From assembly GCA_963664805.2 (NCBI GenBank), contig OY761612.1:1288368-1352367 (forward strand): a DNA stretch of 64,000 nt, given 5' to 3'. The notes under the pieces were generated by a model. The model saw only the letters and a list, made by a program, of their open reading frames with translations, ran no database searches and had not been told where the DNA came from. A program made the position numbers and the translations under genes. Shown here in pieces: positions 54,044-63,463 of the stretch. The stretch's first letter is position 1, and the number at the start of each line of letters is the position of its first letter. This DNA is from Pseudomonadales bacterium (GTDB taxonomy: Bacteria > Pseudomonadota > Gammaproteobacteria > Pseudomonadales > Pseudohongiellaceae).

Positions 54044-57000
54044 TCAGAAGCGGGCCGTATAGTTCAACTCCAGCCGGGGACCGCCTTCGAGGATGGGGGT
54101 GGGCAGTTCGTAGCCGAAGCGCAGCTTCAGGCCCCGGCCCAGCCCGGCGCCCGATTCGCCGGTCGCCGAATCCCAAGAGAAGCCGACGGTTTCCCGCCCG
54201 CCCGGGCCCATGCGGCTGTGCGTTGCGCCCAGCGTCAGCAGGCCCCGGTCGAAGGCGAAACCCCAGCCAAGATCGCTTTCCAGCGTCATGGCGCCAGCAC
54301 CCGCCGCCGCGCCGCGACCCGCCAGGGCGGCGATGTCCGGCCCGCCGAACATCATGCCGCCGCGGGTTCCCGAACCGCCGCCGAGCAGGGTTTCGCTTAC
54401 TCCGCCCCAAGTCGGCGCGAAGGTCAGGCGCGGACCCGAACCGTCGGCGCGGGATTTCACGGTGAGCCGCGCCATGCCGCCGAACTCTTCGTAGTTCTCG
54501 ACCGAATGCGCCGCCAGCCAGCGCGCCTGCGCCTCGAAATCGAACCGGGCGCCGGCATAATGCAGGCCGCCGGTCATTTCCAGCCCGCCGCCGGCCTGAC
54601 CGTCGCCGCCATCGCCGCGCGCGCCGAGGCGCAGGTAGGGCCGCAGCGCCCCGTCGGGACGCGAAACCTCCAGCGACAGACGCGCCTGGGAAATGTTCAC
54701 GTCGAGACCGTCCACGGCGCGCCGGGCTCCGTTGCCATCGGTGCGCAGCGAGACGTAGCCGCCGCTTGCCACCAGCGAGAATTGCACCGCGCCGCGTTGC
54801 GCCAGCGGCTGGCGCAGACCCGCCGCGGCCATGTTCATGTCCAGATCCGCCGTTTCCACCGGTGCGCCCGCGGGGCCGGAAAAATTCTCCGCCCCGCCGC
54901 CGCCGACGCCGCCCAGGGCCCAGAGCTCCAAGCCGGAAGCGGTTTCGCCGCGGATATAGGGCAGCACGCTGGTCAAGGACGTTTCCAGGCCACCTCGGCG
55001 TCCGCCGATGTCGTAGTCGGTCTCGCCGCGGCTGCGCGACACCGCCGCGCCGATCAAGACGCCGTTGCCGAGGCGCGTGTCGGCGCCGAGCCAGAGCGAG
55101 TCCACGCCGCCGTCGTAGGCGCCGGATTCGGAGGCGCCGTCAAAGTGCTGGGAGTCGGCCGCGCCCCACAGCGTCCATCGCGCCGGCGACGGGTTGGCGA
55201 CCGCCTCGGCGCCGGTAGCGGCGTTCAGCGGCAGCGCGAAGGTGCGGTCCGCGAAGGCGTTGTCGAAACCGAGAGCGCCCGCGCCGAAATCGGAACCGGA
55301 TGCCGGGCCGGCGCCGAAATTCGCGCCGGCGCCGGACATCGCGCCCGGGCCGTAGCCACCGGTCGCCGCGGGGGCGCGGCCCGCGCCAAAGCCGAAGCCC
55401 GCGACCGGAAGCGGAGCGCCGACCGAACCGAAATTGCCGCCGGACGCCGCCGCACCGGTTCCGAACGCCCCCCGCGGAGCGGAGAATTGTCCGCCGACCG
55501 GCCCGAAGCCGGGCGTCCCGCCCGCCGCCGGATGTGCGCCGTACCCGCCGCGACCGCCGCCGGCTCCGGCGAGCCAGCCCGCGAAGGCGTTCAGCATCGT
55601 CTCGGCGCGGTCCCGTTCCCCCTCGCCGTCCGCGACTTCCGCCCGCGCAGCGGCGGGTGCCCGGAAGCGCCCGCCGATCACGCCCGTCGCGCTCGTCAGC
55701 AGGGCTCGTCCCTGCGCCGACAGCGCGTCTTCCAGCATCTTCTTCTCGACTTCCGAAATGGATACTTCGATGCTGAAACTCAGGCTCGCGCTGTCCGGGT
55801 CGGCCGCGTCGGAATCGGTCGCCATGTATGTGTAGACCGCGGCGGACGCGGCTTCGACCGGCGTGCCGGACAGCGTCCGCGTCGCCGGGTCGAAAGTCAG
55901 ACCCGCCGGCAGGGCCGGGCTCAGCGAGTAGCGCAGTTCGCCGTCGCCGCTGGACGCGGCGGGCAGCGTCAGCGGGGCCATGGCGAGATTCTGGGTCAGT
56001 TTCAGGTCAGCGACGGTTGCGCCGGCGAAGTCAGGCATGAGGTCCGCGGCCACCGCGAGGCTGAAACCCAGGCTCGCGCTGTCGGGACCGGACGCGTCCG
56101 AATCGGTGGCGGTGTAGGTGTAGACCGCGGCGGGCGCGGCTTCGGTCGGCGCGCCGGCAAGCGTCCGCGTCGCCGGGTCGAAGGTCAGACCCGCCGGCAG
56201 GGCCGGACTCAGCGCGTAGCGCAGTTCGCCATCGCCGCCGGATGCGGCGGGCAGCGTCAGCGGGGCCATGGCGAGATTCTGGGTCAGTTTCAGGTCAGCG
56301 ACGGTTGCGCCGGCGAAGTCAGGCATGAGGTCCGCGGCCACCGCGAGGCTGAAACCCAGGCTCGCGCTGTCGGGACCGGACGCGTCCGAATCGGTGGCGG
56401 TGTAGGTGTAGACCGCGGCGGGCGCGGCTTCGGTCGGCGCGCCGGCAAGCGTCCGCGTCGCCGGGTCGAAGGTCAGACCCGCCGGCAGGGCCGGACTCAG
56501 CGCGTAGCGCAGTTCGCCGTCGCCGCCGCTCGCGGCGGGCAGCACCAGAGGCGCCGCCTCGATGCCTTGGATGTAGTTTTGGTCGGCGATCACCGCGTCC
56601 GCAGCGAAGGCGGGACGCAGGTCGGCGGTGATTTGAACCTCAAGCGCCGCCTCCAATCCTTCGTATTCCCCGCCCGCGGCCCTGTGATTCAGGGCGGCCG
56701 TGTGCGTAGGCGCGTCGGCCGCGGCCGAAACCGTCACGCCGCGTTCGGCGGGCCATTCGTCCGCCGCGAATTGCAGCAGCGCCGGCGAGGCGCTCAGCGC
56801 GGCGTCGGCGCTGGAAAGCGATACCGAAACCGCTTCGGTCGGCGGCGCCGTGAGCCGCAGTGTGTACGTCGCCGAAGCGCCGGCGGCCAGCGAAATGCGC
56901 TCCGGCGAAAACGCCAGGCCGACGGTGTCGTTGTCGACCACGTTCACCGCCAGAACGGCCGACACGCCGTCGTAGCCGCCGCCCGAGGCCGCGTGGCCGA

Positions 57001-60000
57001 TGACGGCGTGCTCGCCAACCCCGTTGGCGTCCTTGGCCACCGTCACCGTCACGGTCGCCGGCTGGTTCCAATTCCCGGTGGTGAAACGCAGTTCGGCGGA
57101 ACCGTCCGCGCCGCCCGCGCCCGTATCCAGCGTCAGGCCGGCGGTGTCGCCCGTCAAGCTCAGCGCCACCGTCACCGGCCCCGCGGGGCGCGTGAACAGC
57201 TTCACGGTGAAGGAGGTCGTGGTGCCTTCCAACAGTTCGGTCGAGTGCAGAGAGAGAACAAGTCCCGGCGTGGCGAAGGCGGCAGTGCCCAGTTCCGTCT
57301 CGCAGTCGCTGGCGCCGTAGGCCACCGCCGTGTAATCCGTTCCCGCCGTCAATCCAGCCAGTTCCATCGTGGCGTCGTTCGCGTTGGGACCCACGCAGGC
57401 GCCGCCGGAAAGCTTGTACCACCATTCGCCGGAGTGTCCTTCGATGGTCAGTTGCGCCGCGGTCGCCGTGACGGCGGTCACGTTCAACTCGGGATCGGAT
57501 GAATCGCCGCCACCGCCGCCGATACCACCGACGCCGGCGGCCAGAGGCGTCACGGCGTCCGATTCCGGCGACTCCGCGCCCGCGCCCACGCTGTTCCAGG
57601 CGCGCAGCTTGAACTGGTGCGCCACGCCGGCGGTCAGGCCGGTGACGGTGTGACTGGTGGTGTTCGGGCCGCTGTTCGGAATGTCGGTCCAGCTCCCGTA
57701 GTCGCCCGTCGTCTTGTAGGCGTACTGCCAGCGGGTCACCGCGGCGCCGCCGTCGCTGCCCAGGGTCCAGGACAGCACGACGCGCTGCGTGTCCGGCTTA
57801 GAGTCGGGCACCGCCGCGTCCGGCTTCGACGGCGCGCCCGGCGCCGTGGTCGGCGTCGCCGCGTCGGAGGCGTCGGAGTCCGCGCCCGTGCCGGTGGCGT
57901 TCACCGCGCGCACCTTGAACTGGTAGGACGTGCCGCCGGTCAGGCCGGTGACGACGTGGTTCAGCGAGGTCGAAGTAACGGAGATGTCGGTCCAAGTGGC
58001 GGTCTCGAAGTCGCCGTTGCCTTCCTTCTTCGCGTACTGCCACTTGCTCAGCGTGCCGTCGCCCCCGACCGAGGCCGCGAGGGTCAGTTCGCCGCTGCCG
58101 GGTCCGGTCGTCGCGGTCGGCTTGCTGGGTTTGCGCGGCTTGGTCAGCAGGGTCTCGGTGGCCAGTTCCGTGTTGCAACCGTTGTCGCTGTAGGCCTTGT
58201 AAGTGTAGTTCGTGTTCGTGGACAGGCCCGTCAAGCGCGCGGCCGTTCCCGTCACGGCGGACGAGCAGGACGCGTGCGGCGCGGCATTGGCCTTATAGTG
58301 CCAGTCGCCGGTGTGGTGGCCGATGGTCAGCGTTGCGGTCGTGGCCTCCACGGCGCTGGCGGTCAGCGTCTCGTCCGCCGGCGTCGCCGCGTCGGAGGCG
58401 TCGGAGTCCGCGCCCGTGCCGGTGACGTTCACCGCCCGCACCTTGAACTGGTAGGACGTGCCGTTGGTGAGGCCGGAGACATCGTGGTTCAGCGAGGTCG
58501 AAGTAACGGAAATGTCGGTCCAGGTGGTCTCGAAGTTGCCGGCGCCCTCCTTCTTGACGTACTGCCACTTGCTCAGCGCGCCGTTGCCCGCGACCGACGC
58601 GGCCAGGGTCAGCGTGCCGCTGCCGGCGCCGGACGTCGCTTCCGGCTTGGCCGGCTGGCCCGGCAGGGTGAGCGCTTCGGCGGTGTCGGTCCAGGTTCCC
58701 CAGCCGCCATAGCCGCCGTTCCACTTGCCGGCGCGGACCTCCACCTCGTAGATGGTGTTGTCCTTCATCGTAAACGATTCGTGGGCGGGGATGGTGGCGC
58801 TGGTCGCGCTCCCGGCGAAATTCTGCTCGCCGCTGTTCGAATTGGCGTCGGCGTAGGTCCAGGTGTCCTGGCCCTTCTCCCGGTAGCGGATACGGTACGC
58901 CCCGAGGCCGCTCACCCCGGCCGGATGGCTCCAGCTCAGGCTGATTCGCCGCGCGTTCGCGCTCGCGTCCGGCGCCGACAGCGTGGGCGCGGCCAACGAC
59001 AGCGTTGCGCTGGTGGTGAAGGCCACGTCCGCGACCTTGTCATTGGCATCGCAATCGGCCACGCCGTACACCGCCCAAGTGTAGTCCGAGTTCGGCGTCA
59101 GGTCGGCGAGGTTCGCCGTGTGCGTGCCCTGGTTAACCTTCGTGCAGGTATGCGAGCCGGTACCGGAGGTCTTGTTGTGCCACCAGTCCGCCGTCCAGTT
59201 GGCGAGGTTCAGCGTCGCCGTGGTCTGCGCCAGATCGCTCGCGGTCAACCCCACCGTGGAGAACTCCGCGTCGGTCGCGTCGGTCGTCAATTCGGTGGTG
59301 CAGCCGCTGTCGCTATAGGCCTTGTAGGCGTATTCGGTGCCGCCCATCAGGCTGGACAGGCTCGCCGTCGCGGTGCTGGCCGCGACCGCGGTGCAGGCGG
59401 CCCCGTCCTGGTCGCCCTGGTACCACCAGGCCGCGGTGTGGTTGCCGATGGTCAGCGTCGCCGTGGTCTGTGTGACGTCGCTCGCGGTCAGGGTCGCGGC
59501 CCGCGGCGTCGCGGTCAGCTCGGTCGACCAGTCCCCGTCGCCGTTCGCGTTGGTTGCCGCTACCCGGACGGTGTACGTGGTGTCGTTGGTCAGGGACGAG
59601 ATGTCCGAGGATGTGGAGGAGCCGCCCGAGATCGTGTTCTGCCGCGCGGAGCCGTACTCCTCGTTGCCGGACTTCCACTGCACCTTGTAGCCCGTGGCGC
59701 CGGTCTTCGCGTCCCACGAGACCCCGATGCGCGCGTTCCGCGCCTCGAGCGCGACGTTGGCGGGCGGCCCGAGTCTGGTCGTGAACGCCGCCGCGGTCGC
59801 GAGCAGCGTCGAGCAGCCGCTGTCGCTGTAGGCCTTGTAGGTGTAGCTGGTGTTCGTGGACAGGTCCGTCAGACTGGCCGTCGGGCCGGTCTGCGCGGAT
59901 GAGCAGGTGCCGCCCATGGGCGACGTGTGCTTGTAGTACCAGTCGCCGGTGTGGCTGGAGATGGTCAGGGTCGCCGTGGTGGCGGTGATGGCGCTGCCGG

Positions 60001-62986
60001 CGAGGTCCTTCGTGGTGAACGCCGCGGCCGTCGCGACCGTGTTGGTGCAGTTGCTGTCGCTGTAGGCGGCGAAGGTGTAGGCCGTGCCGCCGGTCAGCGT
60101 GGTCAGGCCGGCCGTCGTGCCGGTCTGCTCGGATGAGCAGGTGCCGCCCGTGGGCGACGTGTACTTGTAGTACCAACTGCCCGTGTGGTTGCCGATGGTG
60201 AGCGTCGCCGTGGTCTGTGTGACCGCGCTCGCCGTCAGCGTCTCGTCCGCCGGCGTCGCCGCGTCGGAGGCGTCGGAGTCCGCGCCCGTGCCGGTGGCGT
60301 TCACCGCCCGCACCTTGAACTGGTAGGATGTGCCGTCGGTCAGGCCGTCGACGACGTGGTTCAGCGAGGTCGAAGTAACGGAAATGTCGGTCCAGGTGGT
60401 CTCGAAGTTGCCGGCGCCCTCCTTCTTGACGTACTGCCACTTGCTCAGCGCGCCGTTGCCCGCGACCGACGCGGCCAGGGTCAGCGTGCCGCTGCCGGCG
60501 CCGGACGTCGCTTCCGGCTTGGCCGGCTGGCCCGGCAGGGTGAGCGCTTCGGCGGTGTCGGTCCAGGTTCCCCAGCCGCCATAGCCGCCGTTCCACTTGC
60601 CGGCGCGGACCTCCACCTCGTAGATGGTGTTGTCCTTCATCGTAAACGATTCGTGGGCGGGGATGGTGGCGCTGGTCGCGCTCCCGGCGAAATTCTGCTC
60701 GCCGCTGTTCGAATTGGCGTCGGCGTAGGTCCAGGTGTCCTGGCCCTTCTCCCGGTAGCGGATACGGTACGCCCCGAGGCCGCTCACGCTGGCCGGATGG
60801 CTCCAGCTCAGGCTGATTCGCCGCGCGTTCGCGCTCGCGTCCGGCGCCGACAGCGTGGGCGCGGCCAGCGGCAGCGCCGGGGTGCTGAAGTCCACGTCCG
60901 CGACCTCGTTCGTGTCGGCGCAGCCGCTCGCGCTATAGACCGTCCAGGTGTAGTCTGAGTTCGGCGTCAGGTCGGCCAGGTCCGCGGTCGTGGTGTTGGC
61001 GGCCACGGAGGCGCAGGTTCCGGCCGGGGTCGCGGGCGCCGTCTTCTTGTGCCACCAGGCCGTGGTCCAGTTGGACAGGGTCAGCGTCGCCCCGGTCTGC
61101 GTCACCGAGGTCGCGGTCAGGCCCACGGTGGAGAAGGCCGCCGCCGTCGCGAGCAGGTTCGTGGCGTTGCAGCCGGTCGCGCTGTAGGCCTTGTAGGTGT
61201 ATTCGGCGCCGCCGGTCAGGCCGGACAGGCTCGCCGTCGCGGTGCTGGCCGCGACCGCGGTGCAGGCGGCCCCGTCCTGGTCGCCCTGGTACCACCAGGC
61301 CGCGGTGTGGTTGCCGATGGTCAGCGTGGCGGTGGTTTCCTTGACGCCGCTGGCCGCGAGCGACACCGTCGAGGTGCTGAAGTCCACGTCCGCGATCTTG
61401 TCCGCGGCGTTGCAGTTCGCCGCGCTGTACACCGTCCAGGTGTAGTCCGACGCCGTCGTCAGGCCCGACAGGGCGGCCGTCCTGGTGTTGGCGGCGACCG
61501 ACGTGCAGGACGCGGCGCCGGGCCCGGTGGTCTTGTTGTGCCACCACGCCGAGGGCCAGAACGCGAGGGTCAGCGTCGCCCCGGTTGACGTCGGGTTCGC
61601 GGTCAGGCCCACCGTCGAGAAAAACGTGGCGGCGAGATCCGTCATGCAGTTGCTGTCGCTGTATGCCTGCCAGCTGTATTGGACCCCGCCGGTCAGGTTG
61701 GTCAGGTTGGCGGTGGTCCCGGTCTGGGCCGAGGAGCAGGTCCCGCCGGTCGGATCCACCTGTTTGTGGTACCAGTTGCCCGGCCAAGTGCCGCCGAGGG
61801 TGAGCGTCGCCGTGGTTTCCGTGATCGCGCTCACGTCCAGCGACGCGTCGCTCAGGGTGGTGAAGGCCACGTCCGCGATCTTGTCCGCGGCGTTGCAGTT
61901 CGCCGCGCTGTACACCGTGTAGATGTGGTTCGTCAGCGCGTCCAAGCTGCTCAGGTTAGCCGTCGCGGTGTTGGTCGCGACCGATTCGCACAGCGCTCCG
62001 CTCTGGTCCCCCTTGTACCACCACGCATTGGTCCAGTTCGCCAGGGTCAGCGTCGCCCCGGACGCCGTCACCGAGCCGGCGGTCAGTCCGACGGTGGAAA
62101 ACTCCGCGTCGGTCGAGGCGGTGGTGATTTCGGTGGCGCAGCCGCTGTCGCTGTACGCCTTGTAGGTGTAGTTCGTGCCGCCCGTCAGCCCGGTCAGGTT
62201 CGCCGTCGCGGTGCTGGCCGCGACCGACGTGCAGGCGGCGTTTGTCTGGTTCCCCTGGTACCACCACGCCGCCGTGTGACCGGAGAGCGTCAGCGTCGCC
62301 TTGGTTTCCTTGACGTTGCTGGCGGCCAGCGTCGCCGTGGCGGTGGTGAAGGTGGTTTCGACGTCCCAGTGGGCGGCCTTGTCCGAGTCTTCCGTACAGG
62401 TGTCGCGGTAGTAGACGTTGTAGGTGTAGGAGACGCCGGGGTTGAGGCCGGTGAGGGTGACCGCGCTGGTGCCGTTGGGCACTGCGGTGCATGTCGCGCC
62501 GGCCTGCTCGCCCTTGTACCACCACTGGGCCGGCAGGTTGTCCACCGTCAGGGTTGCGCTCGTCATCTTGACGTTGCCGGCGGTGACGGTCGGCAACGCC
62601 GCCCGCGCCGTCGTGGTGTGGGACCAGGGGCCGAAGACGCCGCCGCCGGAGACCGTGTGGCCGCGGACCTTCAGGGTGTAATTGTAACCCCGCCTCAGGG
62701 TCGTCGGGCTCCTCATAAACCTGGCTTCCGTGGTGGATCCGGAGTACCCGGTCTGGGTGAGTTGCTCGTCGGCGGTGCGGATTTCGTAGTAGTTGGGCGC
62801 GCCGTTGGCGGGATGCGTCCATTTGACGAGGAAGTAGGCGCCGAAATTGCCGGTTCCGGAGATGAAAGGGATCATTTCCGGCTTGCCGGGCTGCGCGAAG
62901 GCGGCGGGAGCGCAGAGCAGGAGGATTAGCGCGGCGGAGAAAGAAATGCGCCGCCGCGTATGTGACCTTCTGGATTGTCGTTCCAT
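54044..62986 (-). CDS. Giant (2,980-aa) type Va autotransporter-like adhesin: FN3 and FN3-like Cys-pair modules, He_PIG-like Ig domains, a Gly-rich linker and a C-terminal beta-barrel
   Basis: Trimmed to MERQSRRSHTRRRISFSAALILLLCAPAAFAQ. It has about 13 modules of the pattern T.ATLT(I/L)..(H/W)T..WW(Y/H)(K/Q)...C....T(A/T).L..L....(Y)T(Y/W).(A/V)YS...C, and several classical FN3 domains (RISLSWSHP...YRIRYREKG; LSKWQYVKKEG...YQFKVRAVN). It also has three 96-aa He_PIG-like repeats (LP..SGGDGELRYALSPALPAGLTFDPATRTLAG). The C-terminal barrel ends in ...RLELNYTARF. Confidence 0.8.
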   Translation of the reverse strand: MERQSRRSHTRRRISFSAALILLLCAPAAFAQPGKPEMIPFISGTGNFGAYFLVKWTHPANGAPNYYEIRTADEQLTQTGYSGSTTEARFMRSPTTLRRGYNYTLKVRGHTVSGGGVFGPWSHTTTARAALPTVTAGNVKMTSATLTVDNLPAQWWYKGEQAGATCTAVPNGTSAVTLTGLNPGVSYTYNVYYRDTCTEDSDKAAHWDVETTFTTATATLAASNVKETKATLTLSGHTAAWWYQGNQTNAACTSVAASTATANLTGLTGGTNYTYKAYSDSGCATEITTASTDAEFSTVGLTAGSVTASGATLTLANWTNAWWYKGDQSGALCESVATNTATANLSSLDALTNHIYTVYSAANCNAADKIADVAFTTLSDASLDVSAITETTATLTLGGTWPGNWYHKQVDPTGGTCSSAQTGTTANLTNLTGGVQYSWQAYSDSNCMTDLAATFFSTVGLTANPTSTGATLTLAFWPSAWWHNKTTGPGAASCTSVAANTRTAALSGLTTASDYTWTVYSAANCNAADKIADVDFSTSTVSLAASGVKETTATLTIGNHTAAWWYQGDQDGAACTAVAASTATASLSGLTGGAEYTYKAYSATGCNATNLLATAAAFSTVGLTATSVTQTGATLTLSNWTTAWWHKKTAPATPAGTCASVAANTTTADLADLTPNSDYTWTVYSASGCADTNEVADVDFSTPALPLAAPTLSAPDASANARRISLSWSHPASVSGLGAYRIRYREKGQDTWTYADANSNSGEQNFAGSATSATIPAHESFTMKDNTIYEVEVRAGKWNGGYGGWGTWTDTAEALTLPGQPAKPEATSGAGSGTLTLAASVAGNGALSKWQYVKKEGAGNFETTWTDISVTSTSLNHVVDGLTDGTSYQFKVRAVNATGTGADSDASDAATPADETLTASAVTQTTATLTIGNHTGSWYYKYTSPTGGTCSSEQTGTTAGLTTLTGGTAYTFAAYSDSNCTNTVATAAAFTTKDLAGSAITATTATLTISSHTGDWYYKHTSPMGGTCSSAQTGPTASLTDLSTNTSYTYKAYSDSGCSTLLATAAAFTTRLGPPANVALEARNARIGVSWDAKTGATGYKVQWKSGNEEYGSARQNTISGGSSTSSDISSLTNDTTYTVRVAATNANGDGDWSTELTATPRAATLTASDVTQTTATLTIGNHTAAWWYQGDQDGAACTAVAASTATASLSSLMGGTEYAYKAYSDSGCTTELTTDATDAEFSTVGLTASDLAQTTATLNLANWTADWWHNKTSGTGSHTCTKVNQGTHTANLADLTPNSDYTWAVYGVADCDANDKVADVAFTTSATLSLAAPTLSAPDASANARRISLSWSHPAGVSGLGAYRIRYREKGQDTWTYADANSNSGEQNFAGSATSATIPAHESFTMKDNTIYEVEVRAGKWNGGYGGWGTWTDTAEALTLPGQPAKPEATSGAGSGTLTLAASVAGNGALSKWQYVKKEGAGNFETTWTDISVTSTSLNHDVSGLTNGTSYQFKVRAVNVTGTGADSDASDAATPADETLTASAVEATTATLTIGHHTGDWHYKANAAPHASCSSAVTGTAARLTGLSTNTNYTYKAYSDNGCNTELATETLLTKPRKPSKPTATTGPGSGELTLAASVGGDGTLSKWQYAKKEGNGDFETATWTDISVTSTSLNHVVTGLTGGTSYQFKVRAVNATGTGADSDASDAATPTTAPGAPSKPDAAVPDSKPDTQRVVLSWTLGSDGGAAVTRWQYAYKTTGDYGSWTDIPNSGPNTTSHTVTGLTAGVAHQFKLRAWNSVGAGAESPESDAVTPLAAGVGGIGGGGGDSSDPELNVTAVTATAAQLTIEGHSGEWWYKLSGGACVGPNANDATMELAGLTAGTDYTAVAYGASDCETELGTAAFATPGLVLSLHSTELLEGTTTSFTVKLFTRPAGPVTVALSLTGDTAGLTLDTGAGGADGSAELRFTTGNWNQPATVTVTVAKDANGVGEHAVIGHAASGGGYDGVSAVLAVNVVDNDTVGLAFSPERISLAAGASATYTLRLTAPPTEAVSVSLSSADAALSASPALLQFAADEWPAERGVTVSAAADAPTHTAALNHRAAGGEYEGLEAALEVQITADLRPAFAADAVIADQNYIQGIEAAPLVLPAASGGDGELRYALSPALPAGLTFDPATRTLAGAPTEAAPAAVYTYTATDSDASGPDSASLGFSLAVAADLMPDFAGATVADLKLTQNLAMAPLTLPAASGGDGELRYALSPALPAGLTFDPATRTLAGAPTEAAPAAVYTYTATDSDASGPDSASLGFSLAVAADLMPDFAGATVADLKLTQNLAMAPLTLPAASSGDGELRYSLSPALPAGLTFDPATRTLSGTPVEAASAAVYTYMATDSDAADPDSASLSFSIEVSISEVEKKMLEDALSAQGRALLTSATGVIGGRFRAPAAARAEVADGEGERDRAETMLNAFAGWLAGAGGGRGGYGAHPAAGGTPGFGPVGGQFSAPRGAFGTGAAASGGNFGSVGAPLPVAGFGFGAGRAPAATGGYGPGAMSGAGANFGAGPASGSDFGAGALGFDNAFADRTFALPLNAATGAEAVANPSPARWTLWGAADSQHFDGASESGAYDGGVDSLWLGADTRLGNGVLIGAAVSRSRGETDYDIGGRRGGLETSLTSVLPYIRGETASGLELWALGGVGGGGAENFSGPAGAPVETADLDMNMAAAGLRQPLAQRGAVQFSLVASGGYVSLRTDGNGARRAVDGLDVNISQARLSLEVSRPDGALRPYLRLGARGDGGDGQAGGGLEMTGGLHYAGARFDFEAQARWLAAHSVENYEEFGGMARLTVKSRADGSGPRLTFAPTWGGVSETLLGGGSGTRGGMMFGGPDIAALAGRGAAAGAGAMTLESDLGWGFAFDRGLLTLGATHSRMGPGGRETVGFSWDSATGESGAGLGRGLKLRFGYELPTPILEGGPRLELNYTARF
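55750..56620 (-). repeat. Three tandem 288-bp (96-codon) repeats inside the autotransporter gene
   Basis: The offset between equivalent positions is 288 bp (for example, catgagg at 56036 and 56324). Units 2 and 3 are almost identical over about 210 bp. Boundaries are approximate. Confidence 0.8.
58362..58995 (-). repeat. Near-identical ~634-bp internal repeat, copy 1
   Basis: It matches 60234-60867 at a constant offset of 1872 bp, with only scattered mismatches. It encodes ...LAAPTLSAPDASANARRISLSW...AATPADETLTASAV. Confidence 0.85.
60234..60867 (-). repeat. Near-identical ~634-bp internal repeat, copy 2
   Basis: See copy 1. A further ~112-bp near-identical stretch follows at 61223-61334, matching 59354-59465 at an offset of 1869 bp. 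Confidence 0.85.
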
Positions 62987-63035
62987 CACTTCAAGTCCCG
63001 ATTCGATCGTCAAGTTTTGTTTTTTTAGTGTGTGT

Positions 63036-63054
63036 GGGGGGGGGGGGGGGGGGG
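63036..63054. repeat. G19 homopolymer (C19 on the coding strand), preceded by (GT)4 and located 50-68 nt upstream of the autotransporter start codon
   Basis: The sequence reads ...ttttttagtgtgtgtGGGGGGGGGGGGGGGGGGGcagtgc.... It is followed by a very AT-rich 250-bp upstream region. Confidence 0.9.
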
Positions 63055-63463
63055 CAGTGCTCGTATCGCACGGACCGAGCGCGAATCGGAATCTATGTTT
63101 TTCGAAGTCATCATTGGATTCCTTGTTCCACTTGCGACTTGGCGGATCCAATTTCCGCACCAAAACGTGGCGCATTTTACTAATAACTCATAAATTTACA
63201 ACTTTAATCACATTTAATTCACTTTATGAAAGATGTACGCATAGAATATCCACTTTTATTCATAATAATTCCAGACCCAGACTCGGCCCCGCGACCAGGA
63301 AATCGCTCGTCTCACAAGCCCGGGAGTTCCGATTCATCCGCCTCGGCGCGCTTTCGTTCCCGCAATTGCCGATTCGTCGCATGGCTGTTGCCAAGGTCGA
63401 ACCGGCGGGGCTAGATTGGCCCCGCATTCCCGAAATCAATCAAACTTGCGAAGGAGCACGAAC

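Noticed and set aside
55750-61334. The regularly spaced near-identical DNA repeats, considered as a possible CRISPR-like or other non-coding array.
   Set aside because: All the repeats are in frame inside one continuous 2,980-codon ORF and correspond to protein domain repeats. There is no repeat-spacer architecture and there are no cas genes.
62987-63175. A 63-codon upstream extension of the autotransporter ORF (MRHVLVRKLDPPSRKW...APPPPPPH...) as the true N-terminus.
   Set aside because: It does not resemble an extended autotransporter signal region. The signal peptide follows the internal MERQ start. The extension is kept only as an alternative in the poly-G finding.
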